From: a bacterium
GTDB lineage: Bacteria; Zhuqueibacterota; Zhuqueibacteria; Residuimicrobiales; Krinioviventaceae
Assembly: GCA_963675755.2 (NCBI GenBank)
Contig: CAXXMD010000002.1
Coordinates: 480,001-544,000 of the forward strand
Length of the DNA stretch: 64,000 bases
Direction of reading: 5' to 3'
Below the pieces are notes generated by a model, which worked only from the letters and a program-made list of their open reading frames with translations, searched no databases and had not been told where the DNA came from. The position numbers and the translations under genes are program-made. This document shows positions 1 to 11,280 of this stretch, piece by piece; the first letter of the stretch is position 1; each line of letters opens with the position of its first letter.

Positions 1-791
1 GTAAACCAGTTAATTACATCAATATTATGTACATGTTGTTCAACAATATGATCACCAGAGAGCCAGCACCAGTTTACCCAATCGCGAATATTGTGTTCCA
101 TTTCTGTCCAGCCACTTTTACGCGTACGGTACCATAATTGTCCCTGGTTCCAGTAGCAGTTTGCAGAAACAATATCACCAATTGCTCCTTTTTTAATCAG
201 ATCATAGGTTGTTACATAATTACGCTGGTGGTGTCTTTGCGTACCCGTTACAACACAAAGGCCAAGACTTTCTGCTTTTTTAGCATTACTCATGATTGAG
301 CGTGCACCTGGAGGATCTACTGCAACAGGTTTTTCCATGAATACATGTTTTTTAGCATTTACTGCAGCAGCAAATTGTGCCGGGCGAAAGTGCGGGGGAG
401 TAGCGATTAATACAATATCTACACCTGAATCAATTACTTTTTCATAAGCATCAAAACCAACAAAACATTTTTCATCTGCAACAACATTGTTTTTTTCTTT
501 TGCCAATTTTTCCTTACAGGTTTGGAGTCTGTCGTTAAACACATCACCCAGTGCTACTATTTTCAAATTGGGTCCTGCACTTAGAAAATTCAATGCCGCA
601 CCGGTACCTCGACCACCACATCCAATTAAACCAGCTTTTAATTCTTTCCCATCGGGTGCCTGATCAAGAAAAGTGGGAAGGTTGGAAGTGCTAATTTTGC
701 CGCCACTATTGCATGCCATCATTACTGCACCGGCAGCTGCAACTGTACCAATAAAATTACGACGTGATACATTACTTTTTTCTTGTTGCAT
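1..791 (-). CDS. Gfo/Idh/MocA family oxidoreductase with Tat signal (runs off the window start; C-terminus not seen)
   Basis: Not in ORF track. Manual translation from ATG at 791 with GGAGGAG RBS: MQQEKSNVSRRNFIG (twin-arginine), GLIGCGGRG Rossmann motif, ATPPHFRP, KHVFMEKPVAVD. Confidence 0.9.
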   Translation of the reverse strand, partial: MQQEKSNVSRRNFIGTVAAAGAVMMACNSGGKISTSNLPTFLDQAPDGKELKAGLIGCGGRGTGAALNFLSAGPNLKIVALGDVFNDRLQTCKEKLAKEKNNVVADEKCFVGFDAYEKVIDSGVDIVLIATPPHFRPAQFAAAVNAKKHVFMEKPVAVDPPGARSIMSNAKKAESLGLCVVTGTQRHHQRNYVTTYDLIKKGAIGDIVSANCYWNQGQLWYRTRKSGWTEMEHNIRDWVNWCWLSGDHIVEQHVHNIDVINWF

Positions 792-817
792 AGTCCTACT
801 CCTCCGAATTAATTATG

Positions 818-2387
818 TTATAAATTTTCATCATTTACTTCACAAACAACACGAAAACCCACATCATTAGAATCTGAATACCACCATTTGCTTTTTGGCA
901 TTTGTGGGTCTGTTTTCATCCATTTATCATATTGTGTAAAATCTCTGTCAGCGCTTCGCAATTGTGATGCATCGCTTTTAAATGATCCACCACGAACTAC
1001 ATACTCTTTACCAGACTCTGGTCCAGTAGGAGTTGATACGTTACCTTGTTTTTTATAAGTAGAATAAATATTGGGTGTATAATAGTCGCTACAAAATTCT
1101 CTAACATTACCCAACATATGAACCAGGCCAAATGGATTATTGACAACGACATCTGGTGTTTGGGTCATTCCATTACTGTTTTCTTTATATACAACATATG
1201 TATTAATTTGCGTTGTGTCAATACCAAAGATTCTGTTCCAAAAATTTTCCCTGGAATATGATTTGGGATCACCTTCAAAAAAGTAGGGTGTTTCTGAAAA
1301 TCCTCTACATGCATACTCCCACTCGGCTTCTGTAGGAAGACGATAGGTTTTGCCGGTTACCTTAGATAGCCATTGACAATATACTTCGGCTGCGTAATGT
1401 GTCATGGTAATTGCAGGTCGTTTGCCTTTTCCAAAACCTTGATCAGGATTTCCATAAGGGGGAGTGGGACCCGTAATAGCATCAATGCCATCACTTGATG
1501 AATTTACTACTTGAATTTGTGTATCAGATCTTCCTTCTTTATTGGTTTGTGCATAGAATGCTTCATATTCATCCCAGCTCACTTCAGCTTTACCAATCCA
1601 GAATTTTTTCATCTGAATTTCTATCTGTGGACCTTCATCGTTTTCTCTGTAGGATTCGTCTTCGGGGCTGCCCATAAAGAAACTTCCTTCTGGAATTGCA
1701 ACCATTTCAAAGTCTACTGTTGTATTGGGAATGTGTTCAGTAAAGCTTCCAAATTCATATACATAGGTAGGTTCTGTATAAACTTGTTTTTTTTCAACTG
1801 CAGCTGTACCAAAAGTGATTTCCTGTTCCGCTTCTTCCGAGTAATGGCCTACGTGTAAATGACAATTAATACATTCCAATTCTTCAGGTTTCTGTGTGTA
1901 ATACAAGTGTGCATCTTCACCTTTTTTTGACAGTCCAATTGGAAATAAATTGGCATGACAAGATGTACACGACTCTTTAAAAGTAAAATTAACCGCATGT
2001 TCAAGACGCGATTTTTCATCCCAGTTGATTTTTTCTATATCCTTGAACAATTTGCCATAAACATCTTTAAAACCGGATTTTGCTTTTTCAGTATAATAAT
2101 ATGCATTACCTGTTGGGGGTAAATGGCATTCAACACAATGAACAACAATTCCGTATTTGTTATCGAAATGTGGGGATTGTTTCCAGGAGATTGTAGAATG
2201 GGGGGTGTACATGACAGCTTGCACAAAAGTCATCTGATGAAGTATATTTTATCATTATATTAAACATAATAGTAAGAGCAATACCTATAATTATACCAAT
2301 TGCCCATTTTTTGATAAATATAAATTTAAACATATTATATAATGCTTTTACTGGTTTCCATAACAGTCGGAAGGATTTTTTTAACAT
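818..2387 (-). CDS. NapC/NirT-type tetraheme cytochrome c fused to FGE-sulfatase (SUMF1/EgtB/PvdO) domain; apparent frameshift at G6 run 2200-2205
   Basis: Joining ORFs 2160..2429 and 818..2233 by removing one base gives a TM helix then CASCH, CVECH, CTSCH, CINCH, followed by RLPTEAEWEYA, NPFGL..MLGNVREF, RGGSF, GFRVV. Start may be 2387 or 2333. Confidence 0.85.
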
Positions 2388-2548
2388 TCTGATGATTCCT
2401 GTGTAGTGTTTGTAATCTTTTACAAGCATTTTTGTGGATTAGAGGATATTAATAAATATATTACTTTTCAAAATTTTATGCAAGGTAATTTCAGCGATTT
2501 ACCGTAAATATCTATTGTGATTTCATTTATTTAAAGCTATCTTTTTTC

Positions 2549-2577
2549 TTGATTTTAAACTATTTAGAACTTAATTT
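2549..2577 (+). promoter_or_regulatory. putative sigma70-type promoter
   Basis: TTGATT-N17-TAATTT upstream of ATG 2610. Confidence 0.45.
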
Positions 2578-2609
2578 AACTAATCATTTACAATAATGAG
2601 GAAGTTATA

Positions 2610-3307
2610 ATGCAAAGCAGAGCCCGTATGCCACAAAAATCTTTAAAGAAACCCTCTAAAAAGTTTTCTTTGATTCCTTTTATAATATTATTTGTTGTGC
2701 TTTTGGTTATTATTTTGGTATACTGGCAATTTAAAACCCGAAATTCAAATTTAGATTCTTTTACAATTGCAGAACAAAACACCAATAATGTTACTTTTGA
2801 AGAACCGGAAAATCTGCAAGCAATACAGGATACCATAGTAGAAGAACCTACAGAAAGTCCTTTAATAACAGAAACAGAGCCGGAACCAGCGCAGCAAATT
2901 CAAGAGCAGCCGGTAATACAACAATCGAATGAATTTTCTGCCAATTTTTCAGATAAATATGATAGTGCTTTAAAATTATTTTATGCAGCCAAATACCAAC
3001 AAGCAATGGATATCTTTTTAGAGTTGCAATCGCAATATCCTGAACATTCATTTCAGGTGAATTGTCAGCATTGGATTGGTGAATGTTATTTTGGTTTGGA
3101 AGATTACACAGATGCCCTGGCTGCTTTTCAAAAGGTTTTAACTTTGGCAAAACATATAAAACCGATGACGCGTTGCTTATGATTGGACGCAGTTATCAAA
3201 AAATGGGTGATAAAATAAACGCACGTTTGTATTATAATCGTTTACTCAACGAATATCCCAATAGTGAGTATCTTGACAAAGCACAATGGCACATGTCCCG
3301 TCTTTAA
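2610..3307 (+). CDS. membrane-anchored TPR protein (CpoB/YbgF-like); apparent frameshift near 3131-3146
   Basis: TM helix, acidic linker, TPRs (YWIGE-like HWIGECYF). The TPR continues in ORF 3083..3307 (KTDDALLMIG...YPNSEY) if one T is added in a T run. Confidence 0.75.
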
Positions 3308-5947
3308 CGGGCATCAAGGGCTTGTCTGATAATTTGTGCAATACTACTCATTGTTAGAGGTTTAAAAACAAATTCGGTAATTCCCAACTCTTTAGCTTTT
3401 TCCATTGTAATGTTTTCACTGTATCCCGTGCAGAGAATGACCGGAATTCCTGGTTTAATTTGACTTACTTCCTGTGCCAGTTTTACTCCATTCATCTTCG
3501 GCATTGTAAAATCTGTAAACACCAGATCATAACTTTCAGGATCGGATTTAAAAAATTCAAGAGCTTCCAGACTGTCAGTTGTTACAGTAGCATTGTAACC
3601 CAATTGTTCAAGAATTTGTTTATTCAACTCTACAATTTCAACTTCATCATCCACAAAAAGGATTCTTTCACTTCCAACAGGCAAATCTTTACTTTGTTCT
3701 TTAATTTCTTCTGCATCAATATGTACAGGAAAGTAGATGTTAAATGTTGTACCGTGTCCTGGTGAACTTTCTACATTGATTTCACCATCATGACTAATAA
3801 TAATACCATGCACAACAGACAGACCCAAACCTGTACCTTCTTCGTTCTTTGTCGTAAAGAATGGTTCAAAAATCCGATCAAGTGTAGAGGCTTCCATACC
3901 TTCACCGGTATCTTGTACAACGAGTTTAGCATAATGTCCTGAAGGTAATTTAAAATTGGGGGGAAGATTGGTCCATTTCAACCACATTCAATGAGATTAT
4001 TAGCGTACCTCCACTTTCGCGCATAGCATGAAAAGCATTTACACTCAGATTCATGATGACCTGATGAATTTGTGTGGGATCTGCTAATACCGGTTTACAG
4101 TTGCTATCTATTCTCTGATCAATTTCAATACTGCTGGGAATAGATGCACGTAAAAGTTTTAATACCTCTTTGATAATTGTTTGTATATAAATGGGACGTC
4201 TTTCTTGTTCAACTCTTCGGCTAAATGTTAAAATTTGATTTATCAAATCTTTTGCCCGGTATCCGGCTTTAATAATATGTTCAACATATTTTTTCAAGTT
4301 ACTGTCTTCTGGAACTCGTTCTACTAACAATTCAGAATAGCCTAAAATAGGTACAAGAATATTATTGAAGTCATGAGCAATACCACCTGCCAATGTACCT
4401 ATTGTTTCAAGTTTTTGTGTTTGCCGAAGTTGTTTTTCGAGTTTCTTTTCATCAGATACATCTCGTATTACATTTACAAAATGAAGGAGGTTTCCATTTT
4501 TATCAGTAATTGGTGAAAAAGTTGATTCTCCTTCAAAGAGTTCATTGTTCTTTTTCTTGTAATAAAGAATACCACTCCACTTGTTACCTTCTTTGATTGT
4601 AGTCCATATTTTATCAATTTTATTATTGTTTTCTTTAATACTAAGAAAATCAAAAGAAGAATTCCCTAATGCCAGTTTCTGTTCAAAACCAGTAATTTTT
4701 TCAAAAGCGGGATTAACATATTTTACAATATTATTTTGATCTGCAATCATTACAATTTCTATTGAATGATTGATTGCTTCTGCCAACAGTTCAAGTTCTG
4801 CTTCTGATTCTTTTTTCTTGGTAATATCAGTTATAAGAACCAGAACATTAGTTATTTTATCATCATCACTTTTGACAGGATAAATCCTTGTTTCAAACCA
4901 ATAAAGCATGTTTTGTATTTCTACTGGTGTTTCATGAAAAATTTCTTTTTTCGTATCAATAACTTGATTGATCATTTCAAGATATTCCAGCGCGATTTTT
5001 TCCGGAATGATGTCGAGAATTGATTTTCCAATGACATCATATTGATCCATTTGAATTTGCTTTGCTGCATTCTGATTTATTAAATTGATTGTACCATTGT
5101 AATCAATCATGCAAATGGGTTGACCGGAACCTTCGATTAATGTTCTGTATCGTTCTTCACTTATACGCAGAGCGTTTTCAATCTTTTTTTGTTCCGAAAT
5201 ATCGTTTGTTATGATTCCCATTCCATTAGAAACTTTGAATGCTTTTAACGATATGTATTGGTCTTCTAAATTGAGTCTTTTGAATTTGACTTCCGAGTGA
5301 TAAGGTTCACCGGTTTCTATTACTTTATTATATTGATCAAATCTACCAGATTCAATAACATTTTTAGAAATTTCAGTAATATGTTTACCAATTATATTTT
5401 TCATATCTGGGCTGTAAAATTTATGCGCAGTTTCATTACAGCTTTTCAGGTACATGTTGTTGTCAAAAAATGAAAATCCTGCTCCAGCAGAATCCATAAA
5501 ACCTTTGAATATTTCTTCAAATTCTTTCAGGTTTTTTTCGGCTTCAATTTTTTTCATCAATTCTGATTTTTCATTCAAGGCACGTAACACTACAGGAACA
5601 AGTCGAAATAACCGATCTTTTACAACATAATCCCATGCACCGGCTTTGATAGTTTCGGCGGCAGTTTCTTCGTCAATTGCGCCTGTTACGACTATGAATG
5701 GTGTGAGGGGGGCATATCTTTTTGCGATTTCCAGGGCTGCAAGACCACTAAATTGAGGAAGGTGATAATCCGCAAGAATAAGATCAGGTTTTTCATTGAC
5801 AAGTTTTTCAGTAAAAGAATCTTCAGTGTTTGATGTAAAAAACTCGCAAATCAGTTCAGAGTTTTTTAATTCATGTTTTGTTAATTCAATGTCATAAAGA
5901 TTATCTTCAAGAATTAAAATTCTCAAAGTTCCATTTTCCATACTCAA
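3304..5947 (-). CDS. hybrid sensor histidine kinase REC-PAS3-HisKA-HATPase-REC; apparent frameshift at G6 run 3958-3963
   Basis: N-terminal REC (ILEDN, DYHLP), PAS repeats, GGIAHDFNNIL H-box, N-box. ORF 3304..3987 supplies DTGEGM, FEPFFTTK, GTGLGL and the C-terminal REC. Confidence 0.88.
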
Positions 5948-5999
5948 TTGATTACCCCTTTACTGATTTTTATTATACTACTTGATTATTATTACTCAT

Positions 6000-7958
6000 T
6001 TATTCCAGAGTAAAATAAAATGTTGAACCAAAATCTTTTTTAGATTCAACCCAAATTTTTCCACCATGTCTGGTAATTATTCTTTTAACAATAGCTAGGC
6101 CTACTCCTGTTCCTGTAAATTCATCGTTTCTATGTAATCTTTTAAATACATCAAAAACATTATCAGCATAATTCATGTCAAAACCAACTCCATTATCCTT
6201 TACAAAAAATATACCATCATTTTCGATTATACCAATTTCTATCAAAGGATTTTCAGTTTTGCTTGAATATTTTATAGAGTTCTCCAAAAGATTCATATAT
6301 ATCTGTTTAACAAGTGATGCATCCGCTTTAATTGTTTTATTAAGAGCAGAATCAACATTGATTTTTAATTTTGATTTTTGAATATCCAAGTTTAATGTTT
6401 CAAAAACTTCATCTATTACTGTCTTTATGTTTACATTCTGTTTTTGTAAAGGTTTTCTATTTAATCTTGAAAAATTCAATAAATCATTAATTAATTCACC
6501 CATGTATTGTGAATTATCGTGAACAATGGACAAGTGTCTTTTTCCATCGTTAGATAGGTTTTCAAATTCATCTTCTAATAAAATCTTTGTAAATCCATTA
6601 ATTGATCGAAGTGGCGCTCTTAGATCATGTGAAATTGAATATGAAAATGCTTCAAGTTCCTGATTTGCAAATTCAAGTTGATCAGTGTATTTTTTGATTT
6701 TTTCTTCACTTTTAATCCGTTCAGTAATATCTCTATATACAACACCTGCCAGTATGATTTCATTATTGGCATTTAGAATCGGAAAAAAAATAGATTCTAA
6801 ATATTTTTCATTACCATTTATCAAAATTTTATTTATAACCTGCATTGATTCCGGATTAGAAAAAATATGAGTTATTCTTTGTGAAAATAATTTAGCCAGT
6901 TCAGGTAAATGATTGAGTACTGATTCTAATTTTAATTTCAGAAAATTATTTTTATCAATTTGGGTAAGTTTGATAAAAACCTTGTTTGCAAAAACAAATT
7001 CCTTGTCACGGTTCCATACTGCTATACTATCCAAAGTAGAGTTGAACAACGATCTAAATCTTTCTTCACTTTCTCTCAACTCTATTTCAATTTGTTTTCT
7101 TTCAGTGATTTCTTTTTCCAGAGCTTTATTTATTTTATCAAGCTGTTCAGTTCTTTTGATAACCCGTTGTTCAAGTTCCTGATTAAGTTTGAGTATCTCT
7201 TGTTCATTAATTTTTCTTTCAGATACATCCTGGAAAACCAGTTGGAATGCTGGTTTTCCTTTATATTCTATATAATTTTGTTTTGCTTCAACATATATTA
7301 TTGAATTGTCTTTTTTGATTAATTTAAATTCGTTGATTTCAATGCTGTTATTAGGATTTAAAAAAGTCTCTAAACAGTCTTGATGTATTATGGATTCTAT
7401 AGAATTGCCTATAAAATCTTTGGCAAATGAACCCGCTAAAGCATTAATGGCTGCCAGGTTTAAAAATAGTATTTTTTCCTTGTCATATACTAGAATAGGA
7501 ATGGGAGAGAGTTGAAATAATGACCGGTAACGAATTTCACTTTCCTGTACTGCGTCTTCTGCTTGTGATTTTGCAACATCATGAATTTCTATTTGTTCCA
7601 GGAATTGATTAAATCCCTGGTAAAGTTCGTTTACATTATGATTTAATTGGGGATCCAAACGGATTTGATAGTTTCTTGTTTTTGATATTTCTGATGTTAT
7701 ATTTGCAAGATTTTTGATAGGGGTAAATACATTTTTGTCAAGATATATAAGTAAAAACAGAGATATAAATACAATTAAAAAATCCATTCCCCCAATTAAA
7801 TATAGTATATTTAATTTTACATGGTTGGCAGTTTGAATATAATCTTGAAATGTAGGATTTTTTTGGAATAAAAAGAGTAGAAATGCGGAAATAATACCTG
7901 CCAGTATAATACTTGCAAGCAAGAGTGTTAACAATTTTTTTAATAGTTGTTCTTTCAA
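6000..7958 (-). CDS. membrane PAS-domain sensor histidine kinase (2 TM-HAMP-PAS-PAS-HisKA-HATPase)
   Basis: SISHDLRAPLR H-box, NLLENSIKY, DNGVGF, GTGVGL; TTG start. Confidence 0.9.
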   Translation of the reverse strand: MKEQLLKKLLTLLLASIILAGIISAFLLFLFQKNPTFQDYIQTANHVKLNILYLIGGMDFLIVFISLFLLIYLDKNVFTPIKNLANITSEISKTRNYQIRLDPQLNHNVNELYQGFNQFLEQIEIHDVAKSQAEDAVQESEIRYRSLFQLSPIPILVYDKEKILFLNLAAINALAGSFAKDFIGNSIESIIHQDCLETFLNPNNSIEINEFKLIKKDNSIIYVEAKQNYIEYKGKPAFQLVFQDVSERKINEQEILKLNQELEQRVIKRTEQLDKINKALEKEITERKQIEIELRESEERFRSLFNSTLDSIAVWNRDKEFVFANKVFIKLTQIDKNNFLKLKLESVLNHLPELAKLFSQRITHIFSNPESMQVINKILINGNEKYLESIFFPILNANNEIILAGVVYRDITERIKSEEKIKKYTDQLEFANQELEAFSYSISHDLRAPLRSINGFTKILLEDEFENLSNDGKRHLSIVHDNSQYMGELINDLLNFSRLNRKPLQKQNVNIKTVIDEVFETLNLDIQKSKLKINVDSALNKTIKADASLVKQIYMNLLENSIKYSSKTENPLIEIGIIENDGIFFVKDNGVGFDMNYADNVFDVFKRLHRNDEFTGTGVGLAIVKRIITRHGGKIWVESKKDFGSTFYFTLE

Positions 7959-8175
7959 ATAATTTTTCCAAAAGTTAGTGTTTTATAGAAAATCAAAAGA
8001 GTCAGGTTTGAATAACTAATGTTTTGGAAAAGTATCAGCTGTAGTACAAATATATATAATTACTTAAATCCTTGGCTTTATATAATTTAGATAATAATTA
8101 TTACAAATCAAGAGAAAAAATAACTTTAATCCTTCTATTGATAATTTTCTATATGATTTACAAAAAAATTGTCAC

Positions 8176-8204
8176 TTGATTAATACTGATTTTTTATTTA
8201 CTTT
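8176..8204 (+). promoter_or_regulatory. putative sigma70-type promoter for SSS-galK
   Basis: TTGATT-N17-TACTTT; AAGGAG RBS before ATG 8287. Confidence 0.4.
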
Positions 8205-8286
8205 AATATTTAATTTTGTGTTGAGATTTTCTATTACTTTTATCTTAATATGTTTCTCAACTTGATAACACAAAAAGGAGTGTTGG

Positions 8287-9924
8287 ATGAGTTTTGCATG
8301 GCCTGATTATCTAGTTTTTTTAAGCTATATAATCATCATTGTGAGTCTTGGTCTTTGGGTTTCCAGAAGTAAAAAAGGTCACCAAAAGAATGCACAGGAT
8401 TATTTTCTAGCTAGTAAATCTCTGCCCTGGTGGGCTATTGGAGCATCTCTGATTGCAGCAAATATTTCTGCTGAACAGTTTATTGGGATGTCTGGTTCTG
8501 GTTTTGCAATAGGTTTAGCAATTGCTACTTATGAATGGATGGCTGCTCTTACTTTGATTATTGTCGGCAAATTCTTTTTACCCATTTTCATTGAAAAGAA
8601 ATTATATACCATTCCAGAATTTATAGAACATCGCTTCAATACAACTTTAAAATCTATTCTTGCTGTTTTTTGGATAGCGTTGTTTGTGTTTGTTAATTTA
8701 ACTTCTGTATTGTTTTTAGGTGGTAAAGCTCTTGATACTATAATTGGTACGGGCGATGGAAGTCTTATTGTTTATGCTATTTTAGTATTAGCTTTTATTG
8801 CAGCGGCCTATTCTTTGTATGGAGGTTTATCAGCAGTTGCATGGACCGATGTTTTACAGGTAGCATTACTGGTTGTTGGTGGTTTAATTACTACTGTTAT
8901 TGCTTTAAATCATTTAACTCCCGATGGTGGTATAGCTGCTGGCATATCACATCTTGCTAGTACAGCAGGACCTAAATTTCATATGATTCTAAGCCGTACT
9001 AATTCAGAATATTTTAACTTGCCTGGAATTGGTGTTTTGATAGGTGGTATGTGGGTTGCCAATTTGTATTACTGGGGCTTTAACCAGTATATTATTCAAC
9101 GCGCATTGGCTGCTAAATCTCTGGGTGAGGCTCAACGCGGATTAGCTTTTGCAGCTTTTCTAAAATTAATTATTCCTTTGATTGTTGTTATTCCTGGTAT
9201 TATTGCATGGGTACTGTTTACCCAACCTGAAGGTACTGCAATGATAGCAGGTGTACAGGATGCCTTTTTAAAAACTAATGGCGATGTGAATTTTGACAAA
9301 GCATATCCCTGGTTGATTAGTGTGTTTATTCCAACTGGTTTAAAGGGATTGGTAGTTGCCGCTTTAACTGCAGCTATTGTATCGTCTCTTGCATCCATGC
9401 TGAATTCTACTTCTACCATTTTTACAATGGACATTTACAAACCTTATATGAAACCTAATGCCACCGATAAACAAATCGTTACGGTAGGTCGTCTTAGTGC
9501 AGCTATTGCTCTGGTTATTGCTGTTACATTAGCTCCTATTATGAAAAATATTCCACAGATGTTTCAATACATTCAGGAATATACTGGTCTTGTAAGTCCT
9601 GGTATTTTGGGTGTATTTTTGATGGGTCTGTTCTGGAAAAAAACCACTACACGTGCAGCAATTACAGGTGTTTTGGCTTCAATTATAATAGCTTTATTGT
9701 TAAAAGCCTCATTTATTGAACTTCCTTTTATGGATCAGATGTTTTATACCTTGATTCTGACAATTGTTATTATTGTTGGCGTTTCATTAACTACATCCGA
9801 AAAAGATGATGATGATAAAGCAATTATTTTAACATCCAAAGTTTTTAAAACAGATACAGTTTTTAATATTTCTTCTTATGCTATATTGATTATTCTTGTT
9901 GTATTATATACAGTCTTTTGGTAA
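8287..9924 (+). CDS. sodium/sugar (galactose/glucose) symporter, SSS family
   Basis: LPWWAIGASLIAANISAEQFIGMSG, YYWGFNQYIIQR (vSGLT-like motifs); adjacent to galK. Confidence 0.9.
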   Translation: MSFAWPDYLVFLSYIIIIVSLGLWVSRSKKGHQKNAQDYFLASKSLPWWAIGASLIAANISAEQFIGMSGSGFAIGLAIATYEWMAALTLIIVGKFFLPIFIEKKLYTIPEFIEHRFNTTLKSILAVFWIALFVFVNLTSVLFLGGKALDTIIGTGDGSLIVYAILVLAFIAAAYSLYGGLSAVAWTDVLQVALLVVGGLITTVIALNHLTPDGGIAAGISHLASTAGPKFHMILSRTNSEYFNLPGIGVLIGGMWVANLYYWGFNQYIIQRALAAKSLGEAQRGLAFAAFLKLIIPLIVVIPGIIAWVLFTQPEGTAMIAGVQDAFLKTNGDVNFDKAYPWLISVFIPTGLKGLVVAALTAAIVSSLASMLNSTSTIFTMDIYKPYMKPNATDKQIVTVGRLSAAIALVIAVTLAPIMKNIPQMFQYIQEYTGLVSPGILGVFLMGLFWKKTTTRAAITGVLASIIIALLLKASFIELPFMDQMFYTLILTIVIIVGVSLTTSEKDDDDKAIILTSKVFKTDTVFNISSYAILIILVVLYTVFW

Positions 9925-9930
9925 TTTTTA

Positions 9931-9965
9931 ACCCGGTGTTATAAACCTAGTTAATAACACCGGGT
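9931..9965 (+). terminator. intergenic stem-loop (terminator or mRNA stabiliser)
   Basis: Perfect 12-bp inverted repeat ACCCGGTGTTAT...ATAACACCGGGT followed by AGTTTT. Confidence 0.55.
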
Positions 9966-9989
9966 AGTTTTATAGAATATTGAGGTATA

Positions 9990-11141
9990 ATGGATTTTAT
10001 AACCATTGCAGATAAATTTAAAGATCATTTCAAATCTATCCCCAGAATCTTCAAAGCTCCAGGTCGTGTAAATCTTATTGGTGAACATGTTGACTATAAT
10101 GATGGTTTTGTATTACCTGTTGCCATTAATAATTATACAGCTGTTGCAATGACGCCACGCCAGGACCGAATGCTATGGATTTGGTCTGAAAGTATGAAAG
10201 AATTGAAAAAGATTGATCTGGATGAAATTACCCGGAAGCAAAATCATTGGAGTGATTATATTGCGGGTATAGCCAAATTATTAGAGCTGAATGGGATCAA
10301 GCTGACTGGCGCTAATCTTTTAATTGAAAGTGAAATACCAATAGGGGCTGGATTATCATCATCTGCTGCATTGGAAATGTCTGCATCTTTGGCATTATTA
10401 AATTCAGTTGATGCTGCTTTGGATTCTGTTAAACTCGCAAAACTTGGTCAAACTGTTGAAAATCAATTTGTTGGCACTAATTGTAGTGTAATGGACCAAT
10501 TTGTATCGGTACATGGGGAAAAAGATAAAGCACTTTTTCTGGATTGTCGTACATTAAATTATGAGTTGATTGCTTTGCCATCTGATGATATTAAAATTGT
10601 TATTTGTAATACACAGGTCAAACATGAACTCGGTGAATCTGAATATAACAAACGTCGCTCTGAATGTGATGCGGGTGTAAAAATATTTAAAAAATCTTTT
10701 GCAAATACAAGAGCACTTCGTGATGTTACAATAGATCAATTCAATGAAATTCAGGACCAAATGTTACCAAACATTAGAATGCGCTGCAGACATGTTATTA
10801 ATGAAATTGAGCGAACCCGTTTATGTGCTGATGCATTAAAGAAAAAAGATTTGATTACTTTTGGCAAATATATGTATGAATCTCATAACAGTCTTCGGGA
10901 TGATTATCAAGTAAGCTGTAGAGAATTGGATGTAATGGTTAACATTGCTGCAAAACAACCGGGTGTTCTAGGTGCCAGATTGACGGGTGTTGGTTTTGGA
11001 GGTTGTACTGTTAATTTGGTAAAAACACAAAATGTTGGTAGATTTTGTGAAGCTATATACACAAATTACAAAAAACAAACAGGTATTGAGCCTATTATTT
11101 ATATTTCTTCCGCGGCAAGGGGCGCAGCAGAATTCTTTTAG
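9990..11141 (+). CDS. galK: galactokinase
   Basis: APGRVNLIGEHVDYN, GAGLSSSAA, GARLTGxGFGG. Confidence 0.93.
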   Translation: MDFITIADKFKDHFKSIPRIFKAPGRVNLIGEHVDYNDGFVLPVAINNYTAVAMTPRQDRMLWIWSESMKELKKIDLDEITRKQNHWSDYIAGIAKLLELNGIKLTGANLLIESEIPIGAGLSSSAALEMSASLALLNSVDAALDSVKLAKLGQTVENQFVGTNCSVMDQFVSVHGEKDKALFLDCRTLNYELIALPSDDIKIVICNTQVKHELGESEYNKRRSECDAGVKIFKKSFANTRALRDVTIDQFNEIQDQMLPNIRMRCRHVINEIERTRLCADALKKKDLITFGKYMYESHNSLRDDYQVSCRELDVMVNIAAKQPGVLGARLTGVGFGGCTVNLVKTQNVGRFCEAIYTNYKKQTGIEPIIYISSAARGAAEFF

Positions 11142-11280
11142 GTTACTACTATTTTACTTTTATCATTTCATCGGAATAATAAATATTATTAACCCGTTTT
11201 AATTTATAGAAATTTTGATTTCTTGGGGTGTTTATTATAATAACTAAATCTGTTTTTAAACAGATAAGGAGTTTTTTTTA

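Noticed and set aside
9990-11141. GalK motif variants (CSVMDQ, TGVGFGG) and no galT nearby
   Set aside because: Core substrate and ATP motifs are intact; galT may lie elsewhere in the genome
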